Notes: generated from the letters alone by a model not told the origin. Counted from the first letter of the stretch, positions 10,103 through 21,484 are shown. The stretch is 64,000 bases of DNA from an uncultured Verrucomicrobiae bacterium (GCA_963726745.1 CAVSDR010000006.1:896001-960000), one strand, 5' to 3'. Numbers and translations: made by a program.

Positions 10103-11228
10103 GCTCCGCCGATCGTGCTTTCGCCACCGAGCTGTTTTACGGGGTTCTGCGCAATCTCGCGTTGCTCGACTTCTGGATCGCGCAGTTGCGGCCCGACAGA
10201 ATAGACGACGACTCGCGCGACCTCCTGCGTCTCGGCCTCTACCAGGTGCTCTTGATCGAGACCGCGGAGCACGCGGCCGTTTTCGAGACCGTGGAACTGG
10301 CCAAGCCGCGGGCGCGTGGCTTGGTCAACGCCATCCTTCGCCGCGCCCTGCGCGAGAAAGCCGCGCTCGATCTCGTCGGCTAACGACCAGCCGCTCGCGA
10401 CCCGTTGTTCCGAGCCGCTCTTCCTGGTCGCGAAATGGCAGCGCCAATTCGGGGACGAAGCCACCACTGCGCTCTGCCGCTGGAATAACCAGCCGCCTCC
10501 GGTCTACGCGCGGATAAATCAGCTCCAGGTTTCCCTCGAAGAATTCCTCGCGCGCTATCCGGAGGCTTCGCCGGTCGAGGGCCAGGAAAATTTCGTCGCC
10601 CTGCCGCACCCGCTCGCGGCGCTCGAGCGCGGGCGACTGCTACGTGCAGGACCCGAGCACCGCGCTCGCCTGTGAGTTGCTTGCGCCGCAACCAGGCGAC
10701 CGCGTGCTCGATGCCTGCGCCGCCCCCGGTGGGAAGACCGCCTACCTTGCGGAACTGATGCAGGACCAAGGCGCCATCCTCGCGGTCGACCGCGATGAGC
10801 AACGCGTGCAGCGCCTCGAGGAAAACCTCACGCGCCTCGGCATCTCGTCGGCAAAAACGCAGGTGCACGACTGGAGCGGAACGCCGCCTACCGAGCATTT
10901 CGACCGCATCCTGGTCGACGCGCCCTGCAGCAACACCGGGGTAATGCGCCGCCGGGTAGACGTGCGCTGGCGTTTGCAGCCGGCGGATTTCACGCGCATG
11001 CCGCGCGAGCAGCTCGCCATCGTGCGCGCGGTGCTGCCGTTGCTGAAACCGGGCGGCACCCTCGTCTACAGCACCTGCAGCCTGGAGCCGGAGGAAAACG
11101 GGCAACTCGTTAGGCAATTGCTCGAGGAATTTCCCGCGCTCCAGCTCGAGGAGGAGCGGGCGATCCTGCCTTGGCGCGACGGCCTGGACGGCGCCTTCGC
11201 GGCGCGCCTCGTCCACTGCGGGAATTAG
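10003..11228 (+). CDS. rsmB: 16S rRNA m5C967 methyltransferase RsmB/Sun (two apparent frameshifts, about 10377 and 10632)
   Basis: NusB-like N-terminus ([24 protein letters not shown]), then [26 protein letters not shown], spread across three frames. Confidence 0.82.
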
Positions 11229-11271
11229 CCAGCAAGCTTGCGGTCCAGCCGGAGGCAAATCATGCTCTTCC

Positions 11272-12393
11272 ATGCACGATCCCCGCTTCGATAAATTGGC
11301 GCAGCTTCTTGTCGGCTATTCCACCCAGCTCCAGCGGGGCGAGAAGGTCTTGATCGAGTCCTTCGATATCCCGGACGCGATGACGATCGCGCTCATCCGC
11401 GCGGCGCGAAAAGCGGGCGCGATCCCATTTTCCCAAGTTCAGCGCGGCCGGATCACCCGCGAACTCGCGCTCGGCGCGAACGATGCGCAAATGGACCTGG
11501 CGGCGAAACACGAACTCGCGCGGATGAAGCAGATGGATGCTTACATCGGCCTGCGCGGCAGCGACAACATCACCGAGATGTCCGATGTGCCGGCGGAGCA
11601 GATGAAGCTGGTCATGCGCAAAATGCGCCCGGTGCAGGACCAGCGCGTGAAGAAGACCAAGTGGGTCGTGCTCCGCTGGCCGAGCCCGTCGATGGCGCAG
11701 CTCGCGGGCATGAGCACCGAGGCCTTCGAGGACTTCTATTTTGACGTCTGCACGCTCGACTATCGCAAACTCCAGCCCGGGATGAAGGCGCTGAAGGCCT
11801 TGATGGAAAAGACGGATCGCGTGGAGCTGAAGGGACCCGGGACCGACCTGCGTTTCAGCATCAAGGGCATCAATGCGATCATCTGCGGCGGCGACCGGAA
11901 CATCCCCGATGGCGAAGTTTTCAGCTGCCCGATCAAGAACTCCGTCGAAGGCCACGTGACCTTCAACGCCCCGAGCATCTACCAGGGAACCGGGTTCGAT
12001 AACGTGCGCTTCGAATTCCGCGAAGGGAAGATCGTCAAGGCGACGAGCAACGAGACCGCGAAGCTGAACAAGATCCTCGATTCCGATCCGGGCGCGCGCT
12101 ACATCGGCGAGTTCTCGTTAGGCTTCAATCCGTATATCCTGAAGCCGATGCGCGACATTCTCTTTGACGAGAAAATTGCCGGCTCGTTCCACTTCACCCC
12201 CGGCCAGGCTTACGAAGAGGCGGATAACGGCAACCGCAGCCAGGTCCATTGGGACCTGGTCAACATTCAACGGAAGGACTACGGCGGCGGCGAAGTCTGG
12301 TTTGACGGCGAGCTCATTCGCAAGGACGGCGACTTCCTCCCGAAGAACTTGCGTTCGCTCAACCGGAGCGCGTTTGCCAAGCGGCAAGGTTAG
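11272..12393 (+). CDS. Aminopeptidase, peptidase family M29
   Basis: [33 protein letters not shown]. Confidence 0.88.
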   Translation: MHDPRFDKLAQLLVGYSTQLQRGEKVLIESFDIPDAMTIALIRAARKAGAIPFSQVQRGRITRELALGANDAQMDLAAKHELARMKQMDAYIGLRGSDNITEMSDVPAEQMKLVMRKMRPVQDQRVKKTKWVVLRWPSPSMAQLAGMSTEAFEDFYFDVCTLDYRKLQPGMKALKALMEKTDRVELKGPGTDLRFSIKGINAIICGGDRNIPDGEVFSCPIKNSVEGHVTFNAPSIYQGTGFDNVRFEFREGKIVKATSNETAKLNKILDSDPGARYIGEFSLGFNPYILKPMRDILFDEKIAGSFHFTPGQAYEEADNGNRSQVHWDLVNIQRKDYGGGEVWFDGELIRKDGDFLPKNLRSLNRSAFAKRQG

Positions 12394-12436
12394 CCGACAA
12401 ATCGCTCGTTAGGCGACGGGGCTAGATAGCGGAAAC

Positions 12437-12465
12437 AAAATGGCCCGCGCCGAAGCGCGGGCCAT
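12437..12465 (-). terminator. Terminator hairpin between convergent genes
   Basis: ATGGCCCGCGC-CGAA-GCGCGGGCCAT perfect 11-bp stem (TTCG loop on minus strand) followed by T-run on minus. Confidence 0.8.
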
Positions 12466-12488
12466 CAAGATGAGTTGCTACGGAACGC

Positions 12489-15400
12489 TTAGCCGGCTTT
12501 CGGGCCGCCGTGCTGCGGGTTCAGCTGGAGCATGCCGATCTCGCCGGCACCACCGAGCTGGACGCTCGAGACTTCCATCACCGGGGCGCTCTCGGCGGAA
12601 CTGCCGGCGGCACCCGGGAGCTGCACGGTCACGTTCTTGGACGTGGAGTTCAGCACGATCGAGGCGATTTCAAATGAGGGCGAGAATTCCACCGTGGCGA
12701 TCTGGAAAGCACCGGTCACGTGCACGGAAGCCTGCGCCTGATGCGAAGGGGTCAGCTGCACCGGCGCCGCGTCCGACCCAGAGACGATCGACAAGCCGGC
12801 GATGTTAAACGTCGGCGAGCTGCTCACGCCAGGACGCTGCTGCTGCGATGGAGTCAGGCGGACAGTGCCGATGGCGTTGCCATTCAACTGCACATTCGCG
12901 ATCTCGAAGGTGACCTGCAGATTCATCGGCGCCGGGTTCTGCGACGGGGCCAACCGCATGGTGACGATGCGCGAAGTCGGCTTCAGCTGCAGCGCGCCCA
13001 TCTTGAAGCTCGGGGTGAGCTGGAGAGAGGCAATCTCGGTCGAGAAGGTCAACTGCACCGCGGTGTGCATGCCGCCACCCGTCTGCGGGCCGGTCGATTG
13101 CTGCTGCGCGCCTCCTTGCTGTGGCGCGGCTGCACCGCTCGTGGGCGCGTTGCTGCCAGTGCGAATAACGGGAGTGGGCGTGGGTTGGGTCGGTGTGGGC
13201 ATGGTTGGTTGGGTTGATTGCTGGGCCGGCGATTCGTCCGCGGCGGCCGGAATTGGTTCGACAGAATGGCGCACGGCATCCATCCCTGCAAGTCCGGTGG
13301 CGGCCACGGCGGCCAGGATCGGTTCCTCGGAGGTTTCGTTGGCGGCCGGAACGGTTTCCTCGGCGAAGACTTCGGCCGGAATTTCCGAAGCAACCGACTC
13401 AAGATGGGGAACCGGCTGGCCCTGGCCGAACGGTTCGCCCACAGGGGCGGGAGTTTCGACAAATTCGGCGGCTTCCGGCGCCTCGACTTTCGACTCGAAA
13501 ACCGTCGCATGCTCTCGTCATCGCCGGGGTCACCATTTGGGGGGCGGTGAACTCCTGCACTGAGGCAGAAGCCGGGATACTTTCCGCGATCGGAGCAAAC
13601 TCGCGCTCGGCCATCGCCGGCGCGGATTCCTCGGCGGCAATGCTGGCGAGAACGGGCGAGATTTCGACCGGCTGCGGTTCGCCGACGCCTTCGCTGAATT
13701 CCTGCGCCGGGACAGCTTCGATCGCCGCCGGGGCCGTCGCGGTCACGGTCGCTTCGCTCTGGCCGTATCCGTTGCCGTGGCCATTTCCATAGCCGTGGCC
13801 ATTCGCGTGTCCATTTGCATGGCCGTTGCCATTGCCAAATGGTCGGCTGTTTTTGCCCAGGGGCATGGTCGCCCGGCGCAAGGCTGGCTCGGAGGCGCGC
13901 AGCTGCAGGGAAACCTGCGGCGGACCGCCCGAGAGATGCGACGGACTAACGAGTTCTTCCGCCTCGGGCTCAGCGCCGATTTCATCGAGCGAAGGACCGC
14001 CCGCCGTTGCGAGCGAACGCGGCAGGGGCGCCGTCTGCGAGCGACGGCGCAGGATCGGGATGAGAACCCACGCGAGAATCACGAGCGCGGCGAGAAGCAG
14101 GCCCGCCATGATCATGGTGTTGCCTTGGAGATTGCCGGCTTTTTCTAGCCAAGTCGGCTCGGACCACTCCCGCACTTTCGCCGGAGCGAGCACGGTCGCC
14201 GGACTGGCGGCAGCCAAGGCGGTCGACTGCTCGGGCTCGGAAGGCTTCGCGACCACTGCGCGGGCCGCGGCGGGCGAAGCGGTTGAAGCCACCGGCGTTT
14301 CGACGCTCGGGGAAGCAGCCGCAAGAACCGTCGAAGCGGCAGGCGACTGCGCGGCGTGCGAGGTGGTCGCTTCCATGCCGGAGATTGCGGAGTCCGACTG
14401 CGCTGCGAGCGTGAGCGGATCGGCCGGCTTTTCGTTTTTAGCCAGCGAGATCGCAGGCAACGGTGTCGGCTCGAAGACCGGGGCGGCTGTCTCCGCGGGG
14501 CTGGCCTCGGCGACCGCAGTCGCAGGCGCCGCGGCGAGCTCGCTGCTCTGGAGCCAGCCGAGGTCGAAGAAGGCGTCGGCAAAAAGGCCATTGAGCGCAG
14601 CGGGATAGATCTTCCGCGCAGAGGTCACCCAGTCGTTCGCCTTGGTGGCGTTATCGTGTTTGAACTCCCAGGCGGCTTGCGCGTAGTAGAGCGCCGGCGT
14701 GTCGCCGGTGAATTGGAATTGCTCCATCATCTTCTGCGCGCGGGCGTCTTTGCCCTCGAGCAGGTAGGTCAGGTAGACCTTGTATTTGATCAGCTGCGCG
14801 GCGCGATCCTTGTCGGCACCCGTGGTCGAGGAAAAGAGCGTTTCGAAACGCGTGCGCGCCTTCTCGTATTCACCCTTCTTAAACGGCACCTGCGCGAGAT
14901 TGTATTGCGCGTCGCGCAGCTTTGGATCGAGCTTCGCGGCTTTGTGGAACTCGCTCTCGGCCTGCTCGAACTCCTTCTGCTCGAGCAAAATTTCCCCGCG
15001 CAGATTCGAGATCGCCGCCTGGTTGGGATCAGCCGCATCCGCGTCGTCGATCAACTTCCGGGCCGCGGTGAAATCCCGCTGCGCCAGCGCCTGTTCGGCT
15101 TCGTCATACTTCGACTTCGCATACGCCTTGGTCTTGGCCGCGCGCTCAGCCACCGAGTTCAATTCCAAAGCCGCGCGCGTCTGGCCGGCCGGCTTTTCGA
15201 GCCAGCCGACTTCGTAGAGCGACTCCGCGAAAAGCTTGTTCAGCTGCGGCGAGAAAGCTTTCTCAGCGGTGGTGAGCGCTTCCTTCGCGGCCGCTTCGTT
15301 CTTCGCGTGCAAGGCGATGGCCGCGTTCGCGTATTGCACCGCCGGAGTTTCCGGCGCGAGCTCGAACTTCGCGATCATCGACTGCACCATCTCCCCGTTC

Positions 15401-15852
15401 CCCTCCATCAGGTAGGTGATGAGAATCTTGTATTGGATCAGCTGCGTGGCCTCGCCCTGGAGCTCGGAGGCGTTGCCGTTCAGGAGTTCCTGGAAACGCT
15501 TCCGCGCTTCCGGCCAGTTCTTCTGCAGGAACGGGATCTCCGCGAGGTTGAAGCGCGCATTCCAGAATTTCGGGTCGGCCGCGAGCGCCTTTTGCAGCGC
15601 TTTCTCGGCGTTCGGGTAATCCTTCTGCCGCATGAGGATGACGCCACGGAGATTCTGCGACTCCGCGAGGTCCGGCTGGCGGGCATCAATCGCGTCGAGA
15701 TCCTTCAGGGCGCCGTCGTAGTTATTGGCGTCGAACTCACGGAAAGCTTTGTCGTACATCGCCTCCAATTCGCTCTTGGAAGGGGCGACATTGCTCGCGG
15801 CAAACGAGCTTAGCACCAGGAGGGCAATGGTGGCGTATTTACGGATCTTCAT
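12489..15852 (-). CDS. Large TPR-repeat membrane protein with low-complexity linker and duplicated C-terminal domain (apparent frameshift near 13515)
   Basis: Signal peptide, two TPR blocks, one TM helix (MAGLLLAALVILAWVLIPIL); ORF 13399..15852 continues in the frame of 12489..13442. Confidence 0.72.
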
Positions 15853-15982
15853 GCGTGGATCGATGAAACTCGCGGCCCGTCAGCAAGACAAGTTCTTTTT
15901 GCCCGGGAGACGCTTCGCTGGGGCCAATTAAGCAGGAAACAAGCCCGCGCGGTCCGACATCGGTCGATCGCGTGCAGCTTTA

Positions 15983-16735
15983 CTACGCGTTTCGGTTCCC
16001 GATGATGCGCAGTCCTTCCAGGGTCAAACCGGGATGCACCGCGGCGATTTCCGGCATTTTTCTGGCCAGGAGGCCGGCGTAGCCGCCGGTCGCGACCACG
16101 TGCACCCGGCCGCGCGGGAACGCCTTCGCGCGAATCTGCGCGAGGATCTCGCGCACCAGCCCACGATAGCCGTAGATCGCGCCCGCGAGCATCGCTTCGC
16201 GGGTGGTTTTGCCGACTGGGCTGGGCGGCTCCCGCAAGGTCAGGCGCGGGAGCAACGCAGTGCGTTGATAGAGGAAATTAGTCATCGCCTCGAGCCCAGG
16301 GGCGATCACGCCGCCGATGTAATCCTTCTCGCGCGAGACCACGTCAAAGGTCACCGCCGTCCCAAAGTCGACCACGATCGCGGGTGCGCCGTAAAGTTCG
16401 GCCACGGCCGCGGCATTAGCCAGCCGGTCGGCGCCGATCGTCTCCGGTTCCGGGTAGTCAACGCCCACGCCGAGGTCGCAGCGTGCGTTGATGAAAAGGA
16501 GAGGCGTGCGACCGGCGGCTTTGCGGATGGCTTCGTTCCGCGCTGGGACGACGGAGGAGACGATGATCGCCCGCACTGCCTGCCGGCGCAGGATCTGGCG
16601 AAGCGCGGTCTGCGTCAGCTCGCGTGTGGGGATCTGTTCCGCTCGCCCTACGCGGCCGCTCGAGGCGCTGGCAAATTTCGTGAAGGAATTGCTCACGTCG
16701 ATGAGCAGGTAATCGCGCTTCCCGGCTGCGGGCAT
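15983..16735 (-). CDS. coaX: Type III pantothenate kinase
   Basis: IDVSNS, SSVVP, IGADR, VVDFGTAVT, GGVIAPG, ATGG, LTLEGL. Confidence 0.92.
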   Translation of the reverse strand: MPAAGKRDYLLIDVSNSFTKFASASSGRVGRAEQIPTRELTQTALRQILRRQAVRAIIVSSVVPARNEAIRKAAGRTPLLFINARCDLGVGVDYPEPETIGADRLANAAAVAELYGAPAIVVDFGTAVTFDVVSREKDYIGGVIAPGLEAMTNFLYQRTALLPRLTLREPPSPVGKTTREAMLAGAIYGYRGLVREILAQIRAKAFPRGRVHVVATGGYAGLLARKMPEIAAVHPGLTLEGLRIIGNRNA

Positions 16736-16817
16736 CCCTGCGGCTACGCGGCCGGCGCGGCACCGTCAAGCACGTGGTGCGCTTGCGACCCTCTGGACGC
16801 GCGCTTAGCCTCGGCCG

Positions 16818-17804
16818 GTGAGAAAACTGGTCCATCGTCCGCGGCGTCTGCGGCGCTCCCCGGCGGTGCGCAATCTCGTCCGCGAGACCCGCCTGAGCGC
16901 GCACGATTTCATCCTGCCGCTCTTCATCAGCGAGAAGATCGAGGGCCGCCGCGAGATCGGGAGCATGCCGGGTGTCTTCCAGCACTCGTTAGCCGACGCG
17001 GTCGAGGAAGCGCGCCGGGCGGAAGCGCTCGGGCTCCAGGCGGTGTTGCTCTTCGGCATTCCCGCGGAGAAAGACGAGCAGGCCAGCGGCGCTTACGCGG
17101 AGAACGGCGTCGTGCAGCAGGCCGTGCGCGCGATCAAAGCGCAATGCCCGGAGCTCGTTGTGATCACCGACGTTTGCCTGTGCGAATACATGAGCCACGG
17201 GCATTGCGGCGTGACCCGGCAGGATGGCGCGCACTTTCACGTTTTGAATGACGAGAGCGTCGAGTTGCTGGCTAAAACCGCGCTCTCGCACGCGCAAGCC
17301 GGAGCGGATTTCGTCGCGCCGAGCGACATGATGGATGGCCGCATCGGCGCGGTGCGCGAGATGCTCGACGCGCACGGTTTCACCGAGACCGGGATCATCA
17401 GTTACGCGGTGAAATTTGCCAGCGCCTTCTACGGCCCGTTCCGGGAAGCGGCAGAGAGTCCGCCGCAATTCGGCGACCGCCGCAGTTACCAGATGGACCC
17501 GGCCAACGGGGCGGAAGCCTTGCGCGAAGCCGCGCTCGACGTGGAGGAAGGAGCCGACATTTTGATGGTGAAGCCGGCGCTGCCTTATCTCGACATTCTC
17601 TGGCGCGTGCGCGAGCGCTTTGCCCAGCCGACCGCGGTCTATCACGTGAGCGGCGAATTCTCGATGGTGAAAGCAGGCGCGGCCGCGGGTTACTTCGACG
17701 AACGCGCCGCCGTGCTCGAGATCATGACTTCGCTCAAGCGCGCCGGCGCGGACCTGATCGTGACCTATTGGGCGAAGGAGCTCGCGGAATGGACGCGAGC
17801 CTAA
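16818..17804 (+). CDS. hemB: Porphobilinogen synthase
   Basis: RPRRLR, DVCLCEYMSHGHCG (Zn site), APSDMMDGR, SAFYGPFR, MVKPA. Confidence 0.95.
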   Translation: MRKLVHRPRRLRRSPAVRNLVRETRLSAHDFILPLFISEKIEGRREIGSMPGVFQHSLADAVEEARRAEALGLQAVLLFGIPAEKDEQASGAYAENGVVQQAVRAIKAQCPELVVITDVCLCEYMSHGHCGVTRQDGAHFHVLNDESVELLAKTALSHAQAGADFVAPSDMMDGRIGAVREMLDAHGFTETGIISYAVKFASAFYGPFREAAESPPQFGDRRSYQMDPANGAEALREAALDVEEGADILMVKPALPYLDILWRVRERFAQPTAVYHVSGEFSMVKAGAAAGYFDERAAVLEIMTSLKRAGADLIVTYWAKELAEWTRA

Positions 17805-18520
17805 CGAGTCGTCGCGGCGAGACCGAGGCGCACCGGCGCTTGAAGAAGCGCGCGGTTCTCTGGGCCCAGGCGCAGGGCTTCACCGCCTGCGCCGTCGAGG
17901 TAAGCCTGCCGCAATGCCGTTACCGCGCTGATGTCGCCGGCTACCGGGCGCGCGGGAGCGAACCGGCCGCGACTGCGATCTTCGAATGCAAGCAGGTGCT
18001 CTCGGATCTCCGCCGCGACAATTGCCAAACGCAGGCGGCGCGTGCGCGGCTCGAAACGGTCCACCGCCGGCGCGAAGTGCTGGAGCGCAACCTGCGGGTG
18101 CACTACCCCACCTTGCGCGCGGGCGAGACGCTTTTCCCGGAGTTCGACGCGCACGATTTCAATGCCATCCGGCATGCGAGCTACACGCGGGTGATGCGGG
18201 AGCTGGGCGCGCTCCAGAAGAAGCTGCGCGGCGGGACGAAGTTCGAGTGCCTCACGCGCTACCGGAGCGCGAATCTTTTCTTTCTGGTCCTGCCTAACGA
18301 GTTGTATCGCGCGGCGGAAGTGCCGCCCGGCTGGGGCGTCCTCCTGGAAATAGACAGCAACCTCGCGCTCCGCCAAAAGCCGCTCTGGCACGAGAGCGGG
18401 CCGGAAATTCAGCTCCGGGTGCTGCAACGAATCGCGGTCGCAGGCACGCGGCACCTCAACCGCCAGCTCGAGCTGAGCTTCGACGAAGTCCTCGCAGAGC
18501 GCGCGCGTCGGTCCTCTTGA
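17789..18520 (+). CDS. PD-(D/E)XK nuclease-fold protein, MmcB-like
   Basis: EVSLP..YRADV...IFECKQ..SDLRRD pattern and EVPPGWGVL; overlaps the hemB stop. Confidence 0.55.
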   Translation: MDASLTSRRGETEAHRRLKKRAVLWAQAQGFTACAVEVSLPQCRYRADVAGYRARGSEPAATAIFECKQVLSDLRRDNCQTQAARARLETVHRRREVLERNLRVHYPTLRAGETLFPEFDAHDFNAIRHASYTRVMRELGALQKKLRGGTKFECLTRYRSANLFFLVLPNELYRAAEVPPGWGVLLEIDSNLALRQKPLWHESGPEIQLRVLQRIAVAGTRHLNRQLELSFDEVLAERARRSS

Positions 18521-18563
18521 GCGGAGCGCAGCGGTGGCTCCACTTCGCTTCGGTCGGGATGAC
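18511..18563. repeat. Degenerate REP-like palindrome between convergent genes
   Basis: GTCCTCTTGA-GCGGAGCG...CGCTTCG-GTCGGGATGAC imperfect inverted repeat. Confidence 0.45.
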
Positions 18564-18564
18564 G

Positions 18565-20100
18565 TTAGGCGATTTTAGACAGCAGATTGTGCCCGGTCAT
18601 TTCCGCGGGCTGCGGCAGGCCGAGGAGGAACAGCAGCGTGGGCGCGACATCGGCAAGGATGCCATCCTCAACTCGGAAACTGGCGGCGTCCTGGGCCACG
18701 TAGAGCAAGTGCACCAGGTTGGTGGTGTGCGCAGTATTCGGCGAGCCGTCGGCATTCCGCATCTGCTCGCAATTCCCATGATCGGCGGTGAGCAAGGCCT
18801 TGCCGCCTAACGAGAGCAAGCGCTCCACGATCCGGCCGACGCAGGCGTCGATCGTCTCGACCGCGCGCACACCCGCTTCGACCACGCCGGTGTGGCCGAC
18901 CATGTCGGGGTTGGCAAAGTTGAGGATGATCAGATCGAATTGATCCAGGTTCGCGAGCACGGTCTCGGTGACTTCCAAGGCGCTCATTTGCGGCCGGAGA
19001 TCGTAGGTCGCGACTTTAGGCGACGGGATGATCTTGCGCTCTTCGCCGGGGAACGAGCGCTCCACCCCGCCGTTAAAGAAGTAGGTTACGTGCGGGTATT
19101 TCTCGGTCTCGGCGATGCGCAACTGCGTCCGGCCTGCGGCACTAACGACTTCGCCAAGGATGTGCTCGAGGACTGCGGGGGCGAAGACGTAAGGCGCCCC
19201 GTATTTCACATCGTACTGCGTGAGGGTGACGTAATGCACCCGCGGATGGACCTCGCGGTCAAAGCCGTCGAAGTCGTCGTCGAGGAAGGCATTCGAAAGC
19301 TGGCGCGCGCGATCCGCACGGAAGTTAAAGAAGAGGACGACATCGCCATCGCGCACACGTTGTTCGTTAGGCCGCTCGAAGAGGAGCGCGGGCAGGAATT
19401 CATCGGTCTGGCCGCGCTCGTATTCCGCGCTGACTGCGGCCGAGGGCGAGAGCTCGGTGAATTCTCCGCGCCCGAGCACGATCGCATCCCAGGCGAGCTT
19501 GGTGCGTTCCCAGCGGCGGTCGCGATCCATCGCAAAGTAACGCCCGACCACCGTCGCGATGCGCGCGCCGCTGTCCTTTAACTCCGCGCTGCAACTTGCG
19601 AGAAACCCAGCCCCGCCGGTGGGCGAGGTGTCGCGGCCGTCAGTAAAAGCGTGCACCATGATGTCGGCTACGCCGGCAGCTTGCGCGACCTTGGCCAACG
19701 CCACGAGATGCGCGTAGTGGCTGTGGACGCCACCATCGGAAACGAGCCCGAGCAGATGGAGTCGCGCGCCGCGCGCCTGCGCGAAGGCCTCGCGCAGGAC
19801 GGTGTTTTGCGCGAGCTCGCCGTCCGCGATCGCCTGGTTGATCCGCGTGAGGTCTTGATAAACGATTCGCCCCGCGCCGAGATTCAGGTGGCCGACTTCC
19901 GAGTTACCCATCTGTCCGGGAGGCAGGCCGACATCAAGCCCGCTGGCGCTCAAACGGCCGGCCGGATAGCGCTGGTAAAGCGCGTCGTGCACCGGGGTGC
20001 GCGCGAGCAGGGTGGCGTCGCCATTGGCTTCGCATTGCGCGCGGCCGCCGGGGTTGATCCCCCAGCCATCGCGGATGATCAACAAGACGGGTGCGGGCAT
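18565..20100 (-). CDS. gpmI: 2,3-bisphosphoglycerate-independent phosphoglycerate mutase
   Basis: QMGNSEVGH, SDGGVHS, DGRD, AETEKYPHVT, NPDMVGH, TADHGN. Confidence 0.95.
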   Translation of the reverse strand: MPAPVLLIIRDGWGINPGGRAQCEANGDATLLARTPVHDALYQRYPAGRLSASGLDVGLPPGQMGNSEVGHLNLGAGRIVYQDLTRINQAIADGELAQNTVLREAFAQARGARLHLLGLVSDGGVHSHYAHLVALAKVAQAAGVADIMVHAFTDGRDTSPTGGAGFLASCSAELKDSGARIATVVGRYFAMDRDRRWERTKLAWDAIVLGRGEFTELSPSAAVSAEYERGQTDEFLPALLFERPNEQRVRDGDVVLFFNFRADRARQLSNAFLDDDFDGFDREVHPRVHYVTLTQYDVKYGAPYVFAPAVLEHILGEVVSAAGRTQLRIAETEKYPHVTYFFNGGVERSFPGEERKIIPSPKVATYDLRPQMSALEVTETVLANLDQFDLIILNFANPDMVGHTGVVEAGVRAVETIDACVGRIVERLLSLGGKALLTADHGNCEQMRNADGSPNTAHTTNLVHLLYVAQDAASFRVEDGILADVAPTLLFLLGLPQPAEMTGHNLLSKIA

Positions 20101-20185
20101 GTCCTGCGACTCTGCCGACAAGCTTGCCGGGCTCAAGCGGGTTCTTTCGTTGACAGAGCCGCGCCGGCGCACCTAGATCGCGCAG

Positions 20186-21484
20186 ATGAAGTGGCGGAAC
20201 CAGTTGATCGCGCTTTTCTGCCTGCTGCTCTTCGTCGCGCTGGGCGTGGTTTACTTTAAAAACTGGGTGGTGCAGAAGCCGTTTGGGATCATTCTCTTCA
20301 TCGGCGAAGGGCTTGACCCGACCCGCCTGGCGGTCGCGCGGATCTACGCTTCCGGAGCGCAGCGCCCGCTCCATCTCGATGCGCTCAATTACAGCGCGCT
20401 GCTAAAAACGTATGGGAGCGATGCCGCAACCCCGGACCAGGCCGCGGCCGCAAGCGCGCTGGCCACCGGCGCGAAGGTCCCCAACGGATCCCTGGGCGTG
20501 GACGCAACTGGCAAAGCGCTGGCTAATCTGATGGAGCTGGCTCACCAAAGTGGGCGCATGACCGGCCTGGTGACCGACGTGCGCCTGACCGAGCCAACTG
20601 CGGCCAGCTTCTACGCGCATACCACCGAGAAAGACGACCGGCAGAAGATCGCGCAGGAGCTGGCCGAGAGCGGACAGATCGACATTCTCCTGGGCGGCGG
20701 CGGCGCAGATTTTCTCCCGCCAGCCAAGGGCGGCACGCGCACGGACGAGCGCGATCTTCTCCAGGAAATGGCCGACGCCGGTTACGACATGGTGCAGAAC
20801 CTCGACGATCTCGAGGACCTGCCGCGCTGGCGCCGGGCAAAAGCCGTGGGCATTTTTGCCGCAGGGGAAATGGCGTTTGCCGATGACGACGAGGCGCGAC
20901 CGGTGCAACCGACGTTGCCTGACATGGTCCGGCGCGCGATCGAGCTGCTGCAGTTTAATCGCGAAGGCTATTTCCTGGTGGTCGACGCCGGGCTAATGCG
21001 ACGCGCGGCGCAGCGGAATGATGCCGAGCGCACGCTCGGGCAGCTGCTCGAACTCGACCGCGCCGTGGGCGTGGCCTTGGAATACACTGGCAGCAAGTCG
21101 GCAATTTTTGTCACTGGCGACGTGGGACTCGGCGGGATGAGCTTGAATGGTTTCCCGCCGCGCGACCGCAGCGGGGCCGTTTGGCTCGGCTCTGGAGGCG
21201 ACGCCTCGCTCACCTGGGCCACGGGCCCCAACGGTCCCCCACTCGTCCGCCTGGTGCCGGAAGCGATCGTCGCGCCCTCGCCGGAGGCGACGGACGAATC
21301 CTCCGCCCTTCAGCTGGGCCCGAACCCGCCGAAACTGCGCAGCCAGCCAGCAGCGATTTTCCAGGAGCTGGCGGCGCCTACCGCGACCGACGTGCTCGTT
21401 TTAGGCAACGGCTTAGGCGCGGAGGACCTCCACGGGATCATGGAAAACACCCACCTGTTCGAGATCATCCAGGACGACCTTTAG
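20186..21484 (+). CDS. Membrane-anchored alkaline-phosphatase-fold protein, probably inactive
   Basis: IILFIGEG, AAASALATGAK, ILLGGG, QPTLPDMV..AIELL, GYFLVV; catalytic residues substituted. Confidence 0.75.
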   Translation: MKWRNQLIALFCLLLFVALGVVYFKNWVVQKPFGIILFIGEGLDPTRLAVARIYASGAQRPLHLDALNYSALLKTYGSDAATPDQAAAASALATGAKVPNGSLGVDATGKALANLMELAHQSGRMTGLVTDVRLTEPTAASFYAHTTEKDDRQKIAQELAESGQIDILLGGGGADFLPPAKGGTRTDERDLLQEMADAGYDMVQNLDDLEDLPRWRRAKAVGIFAAGEMAFADDDEARPVQPTLPDMVRRAIELLQFNREGYFLVVDAGLMRRAAQRNDAERTLGQLLELDRAVGVALEYTGSKSAIFVTGDVGLGGMSLNGFPPRDRSGAVWLGSGGDASLTWATGPNGPPLVRLVPEAIVAPSPEATDESSALQLGPNPPKLRSQPAAIFQELAAPTATDVLVLGNGLGAEDLHGIMENTHLFEIIQDDL

